From Vicugna vicugna (Eukaryota): DNA of 64,000 nt. This document shows positions 1-12,821 of the stretch, piece after piece. A program made the position numbers and the translations under genes. The notes below the pieces were generated by a model. It ran no database searches. It was not told where the DNA came from and worked only from the letters and a program-made list of their open reading frames with translations. Each line of letters opens with the position of its first letter. The first letter of the stretch is position 1. The DNA lies in the NCBI GenBank assembly GCA_013265495.1, contig MU057744.1, forward strand, positions 808,001-872,000, written 5' to 3'.

Positions 1-94
1 GACTACCACTCCATCTCAGTCAAGTGCAAATAAAGGTATTGTTTTCTCTTAATTCTCTGTTGTTAATAAATGTTCATGATGTCCCGTTTCCAGT

Positions 95-199
95 GGGGTG
101 GATATAGCTCAGTGGTAGAGCACGTGCTTCACATGCATGAGGTCCTGGGTTCAATCCCACTTAAAAAAAAGAAATAAAAATAAATCTTTAAAAAAAAAT
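95..199 (+). mobile_element. tRNA-derived SINE (vic-1-type, camelid)
   Basis: A box TAGCTCAGTGG, B box GGTTCAATCC, A-rich tail. Confidence 0.88.
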
Positions 200-787
200 C
201 GCTTTTTTTAAAAGTCCGATTTCCATGTGGCAAGTTTAGTGCCACAAAACAGAGCAGATCAAATTCACATAATTAAGTAAATTCAGCATAAATTGCAATG
301 ACTGATGACAATGTACTTTGCTATCTCTGACTGTACTCCGTTACATAGCAAGAAGGTGGTCAGAGCATGATGGCTCATTACTCTGTGTTAGCTAGTTCGG
401 TGAAAAGTGATTTCAAAAGTGTGTTCTGTACAATCTGTCCTTGTTGGAATGGGATCAAGCAATAGTCACCATTTGGCCTCTGGTTCTGTGTTTGTTGCTA
501 GACCAACTAGCCACTGAGCAAATGGGTGGGGAACAGATCTAAAATAAAAAATCAAAATTGTAACCCATTTCCTCACAGCCTCAGGTGTGCTTAGGTGGGG
601 TGAAGTAAAGAATCTGCTGAGCTAGAACTTCAGATCACCCAGTCCGGGGGTACAGGCTACATGCCACGTCCTTGGTGCCTGGATGCTGCGCTTAGAGCCT
701 GTGCCTTCTGGGAAATACTGCATCATAATGTCTTCTCTGGATAGTTTATCTTTCTGTGCAATAGACTAGACAACTGCCTGCCTGGGA

Positions 788-952
788 TTTTTAAAAAATT
801 ATTGATGTAGAGCATCAGTTTACAGTGCTGTGCCAATTTCTGGTGCACAGCATAATGTTTCAGTCAGACACGTACACGCAGGTATCCCTTCTCATATTCT
901 GCTTCATGATAGCTTGCTGCAAGACATTGAATATAGTTCCCTGTGCTCTAGA
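788..952 (-). mobile_element. L1 3' end fragment
   Basis: Shares the 3'UTR (aatttctggtgcacagcataatgtttcagtca...atatagttccctgtgct) with other L1 copies in the window. Confidence 0.8.
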
Positions 953-1309
953 AGCCTGTTGTTTCTGGGATTATTTTAGAGGGCACAGAAGACGCCTCCA
1001 GTTCCCGATTTACCCACTGGTTTTCGCTTTGTCTGTCAAACTGATGGTTTTCCTTCCGACTTAAAGCAGAGGCCACCCAAGTTTGTGAGTTTTGAAAAGC
1101 ACGTTTTGGCACAGCAAAGAGAATTTCAAGGACTAGAAGAGGTATGGGAGGTTACCAATGAGGACTGGAAAATGAGAGACTGGGGAAACCAGCATGGCCC
1201 CTTTCGTGGTCCCACTGGGGTCAGCCAGGTCTGCCCACTCAAGTGCTGAGGCCAGGGCACATATTTGGTGCTAAGCTTTTTGCTGGGCTAACTGACTCCA
1301 AGTCATTTT

Positions 1310-1810
1310 ATCTAGTATTTATGTTGACGTCTTTAATCACCTACACTGATCGTTATTCATTTATTTATTCATTCGTTTATATTTATTAAGTATGAGTTAT
1401 TATTACAAAATATAAAATATATTATATAAAGTATATGACATATATGTTATATATTATGAAATATAAATGTATTATTAAATAAAATGTGTAATGTTATATC
1501 TATGTATATTTATATATACAAACGTAAATTTATATTTACATCTTTAGTAGCCTCTACTGATCATTAATTCATTTACTCGTTTATTCATCAATTTATATTT
1601 ATTATTTATTATTTTATTATATTTATATAATGTATTGTGTGATGTATATTATATATAATAATTACACGTAAATGCATTATTAAATATAAATGTAAATATA
1701 TATTTATTATCATTGCGTATATTTGTATATATAAATGCAAGTTTATATTTACATCTTTAGTAACATACACTGATCGTTTATTCATCGATTTGTTCATTTA
1801 TTCATCAGTT
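1310..1810. repeat. AT-rich tandem repeat, unit about 212 bp, about 2.3 copies
   Basis: Anchor tcttta(g/a)t..(ac)actgatc recurs at about 1330, 1541 and 1754. Confidence 0.75.
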
Positions 1811-2260
1811 ACTAAGTACTGAGCACTACCTGACACTGTTCTCGGCCCTGGGCGCACGGAGAACCACGCATGCTGGTGAGGAAGACGGACCGTCATGGGG
1901 TGAATAAGCAGCTATGCGCTGTGTCAGGTGGTGATGAGTGGAGGTGCTGCGAGTGAACACAATTTAGGAAGGAGATTAGGGGAAGGGTTTACCGAGGGAC
2001 GGGGGTCGGTGTGAGAGGTGGTTTTATTTAGGGAGATCAGAGAGGTCCTCTTCAAGGAAGTTCCTTTGGAGCAGAGGCCTGAGGAGGGGAGGGAGGGAGC
2101 CGCACGTGTGCGGTGAGGAGCATCCCAGGCGGAGGTCTGGGCAGGGCTGCTCGGGGGCCCAGGGGACCGCGGATGTGAGCTTCCTGAGCCAGAGGGCCTC
2201 CCGGTGTTCACAGAACGGCAAGTGGGCCTGGCAGGAGGAGCTGGGTGAGTGAGGAGTAGG
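1790..2260 (-). mobile_element. L2 3' end
   Basis: ttcatt microsatellite tail followed by typical L2 3' sequence (gagcactacctgacactgttct, gagcagaggcctga, cccaggcggagg). Confidence 0.7.
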
Positions 2261-2531
2261 CGTCTTGGGCTTTGGACAGTTAGCAAGCGCCTGAGAATGG
2301 TCCAGGAAGCGATACCAAAACCGGAAGGAATCACCAGATTCCTAGAATACGTATTTTCATGATCGAGTTTCAACGGCTGCCTCTGGTTATAGAAAACGTT
2401 GAAGAGAGTACGAATCCAGCAGGAGAGAGCCAAGGAGGGAAACGATCCCAGTGTGAGACTGAATGAGCCATCGTCCTTGGGAAGACAGAGGTACAAGGAG
2501 CAAAACTCCAGAGTCATCTCATTCAGAAGTA

Positions 2532-3058
2532 CAGCCAGTTCCTCGACTGCTTGCTTGGAAAATGCAAATCTGTTCCAACAGGAATGATAATAGGTTAGGG
2601 AACGGTTGCAGCATAATGCGTTTTTGCAAGTGCTTGTGCAAAACTTCGTCTTCCCGAAGCACCAGACGAACACAGAAAATTGCACCAGTTGAACTGTGCT
2701 GCGTAGGGATGAACAAACGCTCAGACGCACAGCTCTTGCCAGGACAGTGAGCCACGCCCACCCCCAGGTCGGGCTACGATTTTCCCATTTCAGATACTCC
2801 TCCATCCATTCCTTGACACTCACCTTTGCGAAGCCCTACCCTGGCCCTCTGGCCCCCACCATCCTCTCTCTACTATCCACTCAGCCCACTTTGTTCTCTC
2901 TGTTTTCTGTTCATTTTCTCCCTTTATCTCCTGCTGTTGTTTTTTAAATTTCACTGATGAAGTTTTGGGCTCCTAACACCATTTCCCCCACAAACCCCGT
3001 GTTTTTATTTCTGCGGTGATTTTCAGGGGTGCATATGTTGCCATCTAGCGGAACCTGT
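2532..3058 (+). mobile_element. TcMar-Tigger non-autonomous fossil (MamRep137-like)
   Basis: Starts TA|CAGCCAGTT. The segment gaaaatgcaaatctgttccaac...ttagggaac...gcataatgcg...gaacacagaaaattgcacc resembles the recalled consensus. Confidence 0.6.
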
Positions 3059-4642
3059 CACTTTCCCGTAACAGCTTCCAGCACAGCCAAGATAATGTGC
3101 AGATTTCCTCGGACCCACCTGTCTCCCTCCAGTGTCATTCAAATCAGAAAAAAAGTGACCTCCCAGTGCCATCCTGGACAGCGATGACATTTAGGCCACC
3201 ATGGGACCAAAGGGCACCTGGCTTCCTCCTTTGAGTTAACTTTGTCTCCTGCAGAGGGCCAGGGAGTCCGCCTTCCAGATCCTTCTCAAAGCGCCTGCCT
3301 TGTCCACATCTGCTCCTGGAGACGCTCCCGCCCTTGGCTCCCTGCCCACTGGAAACCACACACAGTCATCCATTTAGATGGCAAAAATTGTCTTCTGGCA
3401 GCAAATAATTCGTTAGAAGGAGGGGTAACTGGAAGTTAGCCAGTGGAAGTCAGTTTGGAGAGGTCCATTCGGGTCAGACTCAGCAGAAGTCTGAATGTCC
3501 TGAGGGGTGGATAGGAGACTTCCCTAAAGTGAGGGTGGTGACACAGAAATGTTACACAAGTAAGTGCAAAGGAGACTTTTTTGGGGAAATGATTGGCCCA
3601 GGAATTTTCTGGCTCATGACTTTCCAAGTCTTCAACCGCCTTATGGAAAGCCACGCGGGCTGGCGGTATTGGTTTTCTGCCTGTCCAGGGGAGATGAGAA
3701 ATGTCCAGGGGTTGTAGAGAACCCCATGTGGTGTCTTATCCAACCTCTTATACCCCCGGTCACATCTCCTGAAACTCCATTGGGTTGCAAAGGCAAGGCG
3801 TGTCCCCTGCAGATAAAATCCAGGGTCTGGGTACAACTTCTTGCTACATAACCAGAGCCGACTCCTCTGTGCTTCCCATGGGTTAAATAATCACCCCGTG
3901 TACAGCCACACTGCAGCAGTGTGACAATAATACGTCAGCAGACAAGGAAGGCCGGGTTAGGGCGTGGAGGGGCAGAAGAGCAGGCCTGCGTGAGGGTGGA
4001 GACCAGGTGTGTTCTTGGGCAAGGAGGAGCCACTGATAGTGTCTGAGTAGTGACAGTAACTGAATTGTCCTGTGGGAAGACTCCTCTATCTGTACGGTTC
4101 AGGAGGAATTAGTGAAGAAACATCATGAATGTGGGAGTGTCAGGCACAAGGGAAAGATACCAATACATCAGAGAGATGGACTCGATAAGGAGGAAAAGGA
4201 GGGGAATGTGGTAGCCATGGAAATGCGCCGCTCCCATCACCGCTGATTGACAGCGCTGGTGGCTGGATCTCTGCACCCATCGCAGCATCAGGCTGAGGCC
4301 CCCTGCCCCAACTCGGGGGGCGGGGTAGGGGCACCCCATTCCTGCAGGTGCGGGCTCCTCCTTCAGGTGACTTGGCCAAGGAGCCCCCATCGGCTAACAA
4401 GAGTCACGTGGCAGCCTGAGTGTCTTCCTCTGGATCCTCTGGTTTCCTCCCTGTCCTTCCACCCGCGTGAGACCGCCTGAGTCTGATGGTCCCCTGCCGA
4501 CGCCTGCTCCCTTGCTTTATCCTTCACAGGCCCAAGAAGAAGATGGGTGAGGTTTGGGGACTGGCTCCCTCACTGCCCGCCGGCAAAGAGGACCATTACA
4601 TCTGTGTCATTTACAAAAGATGTCCCATATACATGGGGTCAT

Positions 4643-4755
4643 CTAATCATTCCAGCAGCCCCGTGAGGGATGTATGACCATCCTCACGTTTCTCGTGCAG
4701 AAACTGGGGCTGAGAGTATTTAAATGGTGGCCCGAGGTCTCAACAGCTAATAAAC
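4643..4755 (-). mobile_element. MIR
   Basis: MIR core-like gaaactggggctgagag...cccgaggtctcaacagcta. Confidence 0.65.
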
Positions 4756-5424
4756 ATAACACTATACTCTTTCCATCCATGTCAAGACATTCAGGCAATT
4801 GCATAAAAAATGTTTGAGGCCACATAAGACAATTACCTAAATACAAAACATAGAAGTTGGTTTTTTTTGCATTCTAATCTGTTCTAATATGCAAATGTTC
4901 TAGGCAAGGCTGCCACTGCCGTGGACACACCCCGTTCTGCGTTCGCCTTTTCCGGCGAGCACGCTGATGCAATGGTTTCCCATGCTGTGGCACAGCTTTC
5001 ATAATGCCTACTTTGCATACACTGCATTTATTAGAGCATGATTAATCTGACCATTTCCCATCTGTTAGCAGTTAGGCCGTTTCCTTTTCTTTTTTTCCCC
5101 CCGATATTATTTTAAAACATCTGCAGTGAATATTGCTCTTTCTCTCTGGGGATTATTTCCTCTAATCTTCTTCCCCCAAATAGGATTACTGGGTCAAAGG
5201 ATATGAACATTTTTAGGGTGTGTGGAAGGGCAAAGGGATGTTTTGAGGTCGTGGGATGGGGATGGAAGATGGATGCCCCATGACCACGTGAGCGGGTCCT
5301 CTATCAAAGGCTGGGAAACTATCTGATTGCAGACGGACTGGCTGCCTGTCATTCAAGCTGCAGGCTTTCCCGACAGCATGCCAGTGTTCTGAATCATTCC
5401 TCTCTGATAAGGAGACACCAGCCC

Positions 5425-5555
5425 TATGATGTTCAAGACGTGGGACCAGCAGCAGCGTTTGGGAACTTGTTAAAGTGCCCATTCTTGGGGTCCCACCGAG
5501 AACTACGGAGTCAGAGGCCCTGGGGGTGGACCCCAAACCGCCCTCCGTGATGCTG
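5425..5555. mobile_element. MER5A-like hAT-Charlie fragment
   Basis: ggaccagcagcagc...tgggaacttgttaaa...ggagtcagaggccctgggggtgg. Confidence 0.65.
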
Positions 5556-5833
5556 TGATCTCAAACCCTCTCCTCCACTTCTTTCTCTCTCTAGTGTCCC
5601 CCTTTCAGTCTTTACTTCATCCTACACACTCCTTCTCTTTCCTCTAACAAGCAAGAGAAATACCCTGTTCCCTGCTTCGATCCACATAACCCTGAAAAAT
5701 CAAACTCCTCCTAAACACTGCCACGTAATTCTTTAATATGACTGTTTGACTTCTTTAATTAAAAGTGAAATGAGTTACTGATTCATTCATTCATTCTTTC
5801 AGCATCTACAATGTGCTGGACATTGTTTTAGGT

Positions 5834-6399
5834 CAGAGTAGGTCAAAGTTTGGGGGCCAAATAAATACTTTAGGCTTTGTGGGTGAAGAGGTAATGTCCT
5901 CAATTCTTTTTTTTTTAATTTTTAAAATTTAAATTTTTTTATTGGAGTACAATTACAATGTGTTGATTTCTGGTATACAGCACAATATCTCAGTCATATG
6001 TTCATTTTCATTTTTTTTTCATTAAAGGTTACTACAAGATATTGAGCATAGTTCCCTGTGCTGTACAGAAGAAACTTTTAAAAAAAACTATTTATATATA
6101 TTTATGTATATATATAGTGGCTAAAATTTGCAAATCTCAAACTCCCTAATCTATCCCTTCCCACCTCCTTTCCCCCTGTAATCATAGAAAATTGCTTACT
6201 ATGTCTGCCAGTCTGTTTCTGTTTTGTAGATGAGTTCATAGTGTCTTCAATGTCCTGAATTCTTGAAGCAAAAAGCTAATAGTGGGTCTTTGTTTATGTG
6301 TTTACATTTTAAAATGTAAAAACATTCCCAAGCTTGCTGGATTTACTAAAACTAGGGAGGGCTGGATTTGGCCCAGGGACTATTATTTGGTGACCCCTG
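5834..6399. mobile_element. MER58-family hAT-Charlie, split by an L1
   Basis: aaatactttaggctttgtggg near the start, ctggatttggccc...tgacccctg at the end. Confidence 0.7.
5909..6248 (-). mobile_element. L1 3' end with 16-bp TSD
   Basis: Poly-T plus L1 3'UTR. TSD aatgtcct(c/g)aattctt at 5893-5908 and 6249-6264. Confidence 0.9.
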
Positions 6400-7773
6400 T
6401 TTTCAGCATTTCATTCAGCATTGAACGAAAGAGATGAACATTCCTTCTGTCATGGAACTTACACTCTAGTGGAGGGAGACAGAAAATAAACGTAGCAAGT
6501 AAAATATGATGTATCAGAAGAAGTGCTGTGGAGAAAACAGACAAGCACTGGGAATGTGAGGGTGGAAGGGAAGTGGGAGTTTTAAATAAGGTGGTCAGCG
6601 AAAGCCTTGCTGAAAAGGTGGCAACTGAGCAAAGACTAAAGGGAAGCCAGTGAATGATCTGTGAGTCTTCCAGGCAGAGGGAGCAACAGTCAGTGCAAAG
6701 GTCCTGGGGCAGGACCGTGGCTGGTATATGTGAGACAACAGGCGTGGCTAGAGCCAGAGTGACAGAGGGGAGTAGTCGGTGAGGTCAGTGTGTACACTCG
6801 TGTGTTCCACATGTGTGTGCACTTGTGAGTGTGTGTGTGCTTGTGTGGTGCTTTGGGTGTGAGGACCGGAGCAGCTACTGCAAGGTGATGTTCAGGGCAC
6901 CGCCTGGCCTCTGAGCTCTGCCTCCCTTCCTGAGCCTGATTCTGTCCTGCTTCGCCCAGTTAAACCAGGAAGGATGTGCTTCCTGCCCCTAACCAGGGTC
7001 ACTCCCCGGCTTCTCTAGAGTCTGTGCCATGGCTTGAGCCAGGCCTGGCCCTGCGCTTGGCCAGCGGGGAGGAGCCTGAGGTAGGAACACAAGCTGATGA
7101 GCAGGGCCTCGGCTTTCAGGGGGAGCTGAGACCTCACTAGAACGGTCAGGAAACCTCTCGAGTCTGAAATGAAAAGGGGGGGGGGAAGGACTTCCTATTA
7201 GAGATGAAAGGACCACACGGGAAGGGGTCGGATGTTTCTAGTAGTTTTTTGGGATCTTTACAGGAAGAGGGAAAGCGGACCCTCCAGGGGAAGCAAAGAC
7301 CCCGCCCCGAGCTGATGTCTCCCCAGAGGACGGGAATGCGGGCAGCCTCCTCTGTTTCAGGCCATCGCCAGGCATAGCCAGGCCAGCTGGGACTCGGGTT
7401 GACTGAACTCAGGCTGAAGGGGTATTTCTGTGCGGAAACACAAACAGAAATGGACCCTGCATGTCGGGGCCCTCGTGACCTCCTGTCTGGGTCCTGAGTT
7501 GTTTCCACTTGGCCCCCCGCTCACCCTCCACCAGCTGCCCGAGGGAGCGTTCAGACAGCCTAACCCCGCGGCCCCCCAGCCGTCCCCCATTACGTCTTTT
7601 AGAGGCTCCCAGAACTGCAGGCTCCCGAAACCTACGAGGTTTTAAGTGAAGATCGAGGGAATCAACAGAGGATCACCAACTTTTTATTGTCCCCATCACT
7701 CAATTAATGACAGGACAATGTCACACTGAAATACTGGAATGACACAGGGTCAGGGTCAAGAGGAGTCCTTTTA

Positions 7774-8110
7774 GACATAAATGAACTTATTCACAAAACA
7801 GAAACAGACTCACAGACATTGAAAACAAGCATGGTTACCGGGGGAAACGGAGTGGGAAGGGATAAAACAGGAGTTAGAGATTTGCAGATACACACTACTG
7901 TATATAAAATAAACACCAAGGTCCTACTGCACAGCACAGGGAACTATATTCAATATCTTGCAGTAACCTATAATGAAAAAGAGTACGAAAAGGAATATAT
8001 GTATGTTCATGTAAGACTGAAACACGATGCTGCACACCAGAAATTGACACAACATTGTAAACTGACTATACTTCAATAATTTTTTTTAAAAAAGAAAGGC
8101 AAAAAAAAAA
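7774..8110 (+). mobile_element. L1 3' end
   Basis: aatgaacttattcacaaaacagaaacagactcacagac...acagggaactatattcaatatcttg followed by poly-A. Confidence 0.9.
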
Positions 8111-8224
8111 GTCTTTTTAATTGAATATGTTTAACCTGGAAAACCCACTTTATATGAAGAATATATATGTATATGTAACTGCATATGTGTGATTATATAT
8201 AACATGTAATTGTAATATATGTAA

Positions 8225-8386
8225 TTTTTTAAATTTATTTTTAAATTTTATTTTTGAGGGATCATTAGGTCTAAATTATTATGAGTTTTTTTTTTTGGTT
8301 TTTTTAATAGAGGTACTGGGTATTGAGCCCAGGACCTCATGTATGCTGAGCACGCACTCTACCACTGAGCTGTGCCCGCCTCGCCC
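8225..8386 (-). mobile_element. tRNA-derived SINE (vic-1-type)
   Basis: Reverse-complement A and B boxes (ctaccactgagct, gggtattgagccc) and a T-rich tail. Confidence 0.85.
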
Positions 8387-10251
8387 AATATGTGTCATTT
8401 TAAAACAATCTTACCAGGGACTAATGAAAGCTTTGTCCCAGAACAAAGGTGCCCCAGGACTGTTTTTGTTTTGTTTTGTTGTTTTTGTTTTTCACTTTGG
8501 GCATTGCCCGTGGAGGAGGCGGGGGCTCAGTGATGGGGTCTGTGATGTCCTCCCGGACCCTCATTTCCCACCTCACGCTTGTCACCCAGACACCCCGCAC
8601 CCCCCGCAGCTTCCTGCACCCCACGCCCTTCTCCCGCCCCTTGGAAGACAGAGTGTACCTCCCGTGCCTTCAGGTCTCACCTATGATCACCTTTTGTCAC
8701 TGTGAGTCCTTTCTCCTTACCAGGCTCAGTTCCTTGCTCTCCTCTGGGTGGTCCCACAGGAGGGAGCGCAGAGCAGATGTCTGCGAAATGCTTACCAAAC
8801 TGAACTGATGTTGAGCCAAAACTATCCAGTTCAGAGCGGTTTCCTTGATGAGGACGACCCAGACTCGAGCCAGCTGGGGAACTATCCACCTGCGAGGGGT
8901 GTGAACATCAGATGCCGCCTGGAAACCGACTCGCTGGTCCCTGGGTTCAGGAAGGTCCTGAGAGCCATGACAGGTGTAGATGTGCTTAAAACAAGTGTAA
9001 TGCATATGATTACTACCCTCAGCAGGGCATCTTCACTGGTCCAGATAACAGTAGGCCACAGACATACATTTGCGTCCTTCCACATAGATTATTTTTTGCC
9101 GTTTTTTGCTAGCATGTCTGTATCACAGGAGGTAGGTATTAAGGAGAAAACATAGCTGATTATTATGTTGTTTTTTTAAAAAGGCAAATGAGTAAAACAG
9201 CCATTATGAAGCTGTTACTAAAGTATCATCTTTGGACACAATGTATTGCAATGCGTTTTTGTAACCCAGAACTAGTTCAAATGTTATTTTCTGTAAGTAG
9301 CCTAACTGAGGTGCAAAATGCCCCTTTCACTTAAAACCTGCCAGGTGGAGGCTCACGTGGTGTTCTGTGTAAGGCACACGGATTTCCTCTCCGCCACGAA
9401 GCCCTGCGGATAAAGAAATGGACAGAAACCCCCTGAGTCCATTTCTTTTTGGTAACTGCGTGGAATCTACTGTCCATACAGCTTGCACGGTTTATTTATG
9501 TCTGGTAACTGTGTGGACCTAACATCCTTCATTCCAGTTAGAAGAGCTGAAATGAAAACAACCAGCCATCCACTCATTTCAGCCCAAATATGGTGCGATG
9601 TTTCGGCCCCGAACCCGCGCCCCGCCGGCTTGTCCCGCAGCCCAGGAAGGTTTACGAACGAACGCCTGGTTCTTTTCTTCCTCCAGGAACCAGAGTGCTG
9701 AATATTTACAAGTGTGAAGAGAGACCATGCGCCTGAGACCCTCTCAGGGGAGGAGTGGCTGCCTGAGAGGGGCTTGTTCCTTCCTAGGTTTACACTGAAG
9801 TCAGACTATGGCAAAACAAAGGATGAAAAATGAGAAACATAGTCAACCGCTTGCTTGGACAGCATCGCACCAGCTGGCCAGTTGGGCCCACCTGCAGGGC
9901 CGTTCAGGCCCGTTCTGCCGGCCTTAGCATCCAGTCCCCTTTGTTGCTGCTGTTACAGCATCAGAGGGCGCCACCTGCACGCCCGTCTCTGAACCCGAGC
10001 GAGCTGGAAGCCCCCAGTTGTTTTCTTGCTTTTCAGCTGTATGTTAAGCTGGCGGCACTCCTCTCCCCATGCGTGTTTTCCACTCAGATACCTAGCCTTA
10101 AAAAAGCACCAAAACTTCCTTTCTCTAAATTATGACAATAATCATGACTTGTAAAAACTTCAGACGCTCAGGAACGTAGACTGTGAAGAGGAAATTTCCG
10201 CTTTCCCCTCCCTGCACCCCACACTCCAGAGGTAATCTGGGATTTATACGA

Positions 10252-10455
10252 GGAGCGTGGCCTCTGGAGTCACACTGCCCAGGTGCGTGTTCCAACTCTG
10301 CCTCTCTCCCCGGAAGACCTTGAGCAAGTTCCTTGACCTCCTTGTGCATCAGTGTTCTCATCTGTAAAATGGGGCCAATCACCGTATTCACCTCACAGGG
10401 CTGTTGGGAGATTAAACAAGCACCTGGAGCACGGCTGGGTACAGAACAAGCACGA
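10252..10455 (+). mobile_element. MIR
   Basis: Core gaccttgagcaagt...ctcatctgtaaaatgggg...cacctcacagggctgttg. Confidence 0.8.
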
Positions 10456-10693
10456 GACGTGGGTTGTCACTGTCATTAGTGGTAATACTGTAACTACCGT
10501 ATTACTCAGAATATAGGGGCAGCCGCTGTACAGAGGCCCCAGCTCAGTGGTGGAGCTCTCCCCTGCATCCATATTATTTTCATTTTATTTCTTTAATAAG
10601 CAGTAGCAATAATTCCTTTTTTCTGCATGTTACCATAGAGTTGCCATTTCTCTTCTCAAGTGGACCCATTGCCACTCTTGCAAGCAGATTCTT

Positions 10694-10743
10694 TTTTTTT
10701 TTTAACATTTTTAAAGTTGTATAGTTGATTCACAATGTTGTAA
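10694..10743 (-). mobile_element. Extremely 5'-truncated L1 (about 50 bp)
   Basis: Perfect 13-bp TSD caagcagattctt at 10681-10693 and 10744-10756. Confidence 0.8.
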
Positions 10744-12821
10744 CAAGCAGATTCTTCATCACTGACCAATCAGTCATTCAATAAACTCTGAGCTCCTAAA
10801 CTCAAACCTCAGACACCGTGCTAAGTGCAAGGGGTGGAAAATGAGTCAGGCAGGGGCCTGGGTATCGAAGGGCTCTGAGCCCATTAAATACACTTTATGA
10901 TGTGTCTTCTCTCCTAGGGCTGGGTGGGGCCAGGTCCTAATCACATGCATTTCACTTTTCAACACCTGAAATCACTCCCTTGCCTTTTGTGTCCTAAACA
11001 CCTAGGAGGAATTACGCCCTGGTGTTTGTGGGAGCCTCCGTGGAACTTGTCAGGCAGTCAGTTACCAGAAGGAGGAGGAAGGACACGGGGCATGAGGGTG
11101 ACAGCTTCGGTCACAGGCAGGGGGTCCTCTCGGCTGAGCTCGTTGGAGAGTTCCTGCTATTCAGACATCCCAACTCCATCATGGAACAATTCCCTCGACC
11201 ACCGTTCCATCTCCAGGAAGCTCAGGAGACCCCAGGAAGCAGAAATAGTTGCCAGGCCTGTAACTCACCACCAGGCCCCTTGGTTCCGGAAACAAGACAA
11301 AGCTGCCACATTGGCCCAAGCCAGTGACACAGCACAGCTGTGCGGCTTCACACAGCCTGGTCCCAGCAGAGCTAAAACCAAACCCAGAATGTGGAAAAGT
11401 CCTTTGTCTCCCCCATTTGGGAGAAATCCTCCAATAAAGTCGGTGTCGTCAGCACCTGTGTGACTTGCTCCTGGGGAATTCAGGGGGAGCTGAGCCCCTG
11501 ATGGGTGGGGTGGGGACGGGGGTGGGGGGCCAGAGGGCTGCCTCTGGTAATCTGCGTGTGAGTGCGTGTGTGGGTGTGGGCATGATTGCCTCTGATCTCA
11601 CACCATCCCTCAGACCCACCCCCTGGTTTGGACGTCCCGTTGAAGCCACCTGAGCATCCTCTCGCCCCCGCCCCCACCCCGGGGTCTCCTGGCACACACG
11701 CTCCGTCTTAGGATAATGACCGTTCCCTGCTTCCTAGTGTGGTCATTTGCACCCGTCTGGTGTCCCCTGAAACAGAGTCCCCGAGGACGACACAGGACGC
11801 AGCCCCGCCTTGGGTTCCGGCAGCCGCAGCACCTGGTACCTGGTAAGGTGCTCGACAGTCACCCTGTGGCCGTGAATCAAGCCCACGCTCAGCTCAGGTG
11901 TCCCTCGGCAGGTCCTCGGACGGCCTCCCCTCCCTGCCGCTCCTCGGAGCACCTGCCCCGGCAGCCCGGGCGGGAGGTGGCAGTGGGAGCAGCTCCGCCC
12001 GGCGTGGTGCGCGTGGCCCTGTCTCCACTCCGCGCCGCGCAGGCCCCCGGCCCCTGCGGCCCCACGAAGCGTGTCTGGACCACGCATTCAGCCCGCTAGG
12101 AGCCTCAGTTTCTCATCCGGGGCCCAAGGAGCGGGGCGGCATCCTCCTGATGCCCTTGCAGGGTGTTGGGAGGTGACCCCTTGACGGCCGTTAAAGCACC
12201 AGACGACACATAAGGGCCACGCGATATCTCTGTGTGCCTAGGTCTATAAAGCGGGGCGTGGGGGGGGCGGAGAAATTATTTATCAGTATCCTACAAATAA
12301 GTCGTTGAAAATGAATTAAGTCAGAGAGAAAGAGAAGAAAAGCACCTCGAGCTTTTGGGAGGCTGCTTCTTGGTGGGGAGATGGGCCGGGGCGGGGGGCG
12401 CTGGGGGGCTCGGCGTTGGCAGGTCCGGCTCCGCGCAGGGAACTCGCCCAGAAGGCGCTGCCCAAACCTGGGAGGTCCCAGGCTCCAGCCGGCGGGTCTC
12501 CTCTGGTTTCCTTTTTGCTGTAGTTACCTGATTTTGGAAGTTGCTGGAAGTCCATTTCTCTGGCCCCTGAGAGAGCGCGGTGCTGGCTCTGCACCTAGAG
12601 CCACCTGTCAGCTTTTCCAGGCCGGGGCCTCGGGCAGCCTTGCTGTCCCCACCCCCCTTCTCTAGTTGTGGGCTGTTCTAGCGGGTGTTTGAAGAGGTGG
12701 AGGGAGGTTGGAGGGGAAGGTAAAATAGGGTTTAAATTCGATCTGATAGCAGATTTGATCAGTGTTTTAGTAGAGAAGATAGTAGTTAATATTTATTCGA
12801 TTCATGTTTTCCATATTTCTT

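Larger units (their letters stand above)
5779..6790 (-). mobile_element. L2 3' portion interrupted by MER58 and L1
   Basis: (ttca)n tail at about 5780. L2 body resumes at about 6400 (catggaacttacactctagtggagggagacag, ttccaggcagaggg...agtgcaaaggtcctgggg). Confidence 0.75.

Noticed and set aside
95..170. Possible tRNA gene (also 52137-52210 and other copies)
   Set aside because: Has A and B boxes but no proper acceptor stem, is followed by an A-rich tail, and occurs as many diverged copies with TSDs, so it is a SINE.
340..480. Minus-strand LLDPIPT and SDH peptides suggesting an L2/CR1 ORF2 remnant
   Set aside because: The motifs are short and in different frames, which is insufficient without a profile search.
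1924..2823. 299-aa minus-strand ORF
   Set aside because: Spans L2 and Tigger-like repeat remnants, with no recognisable domain or splice structure.
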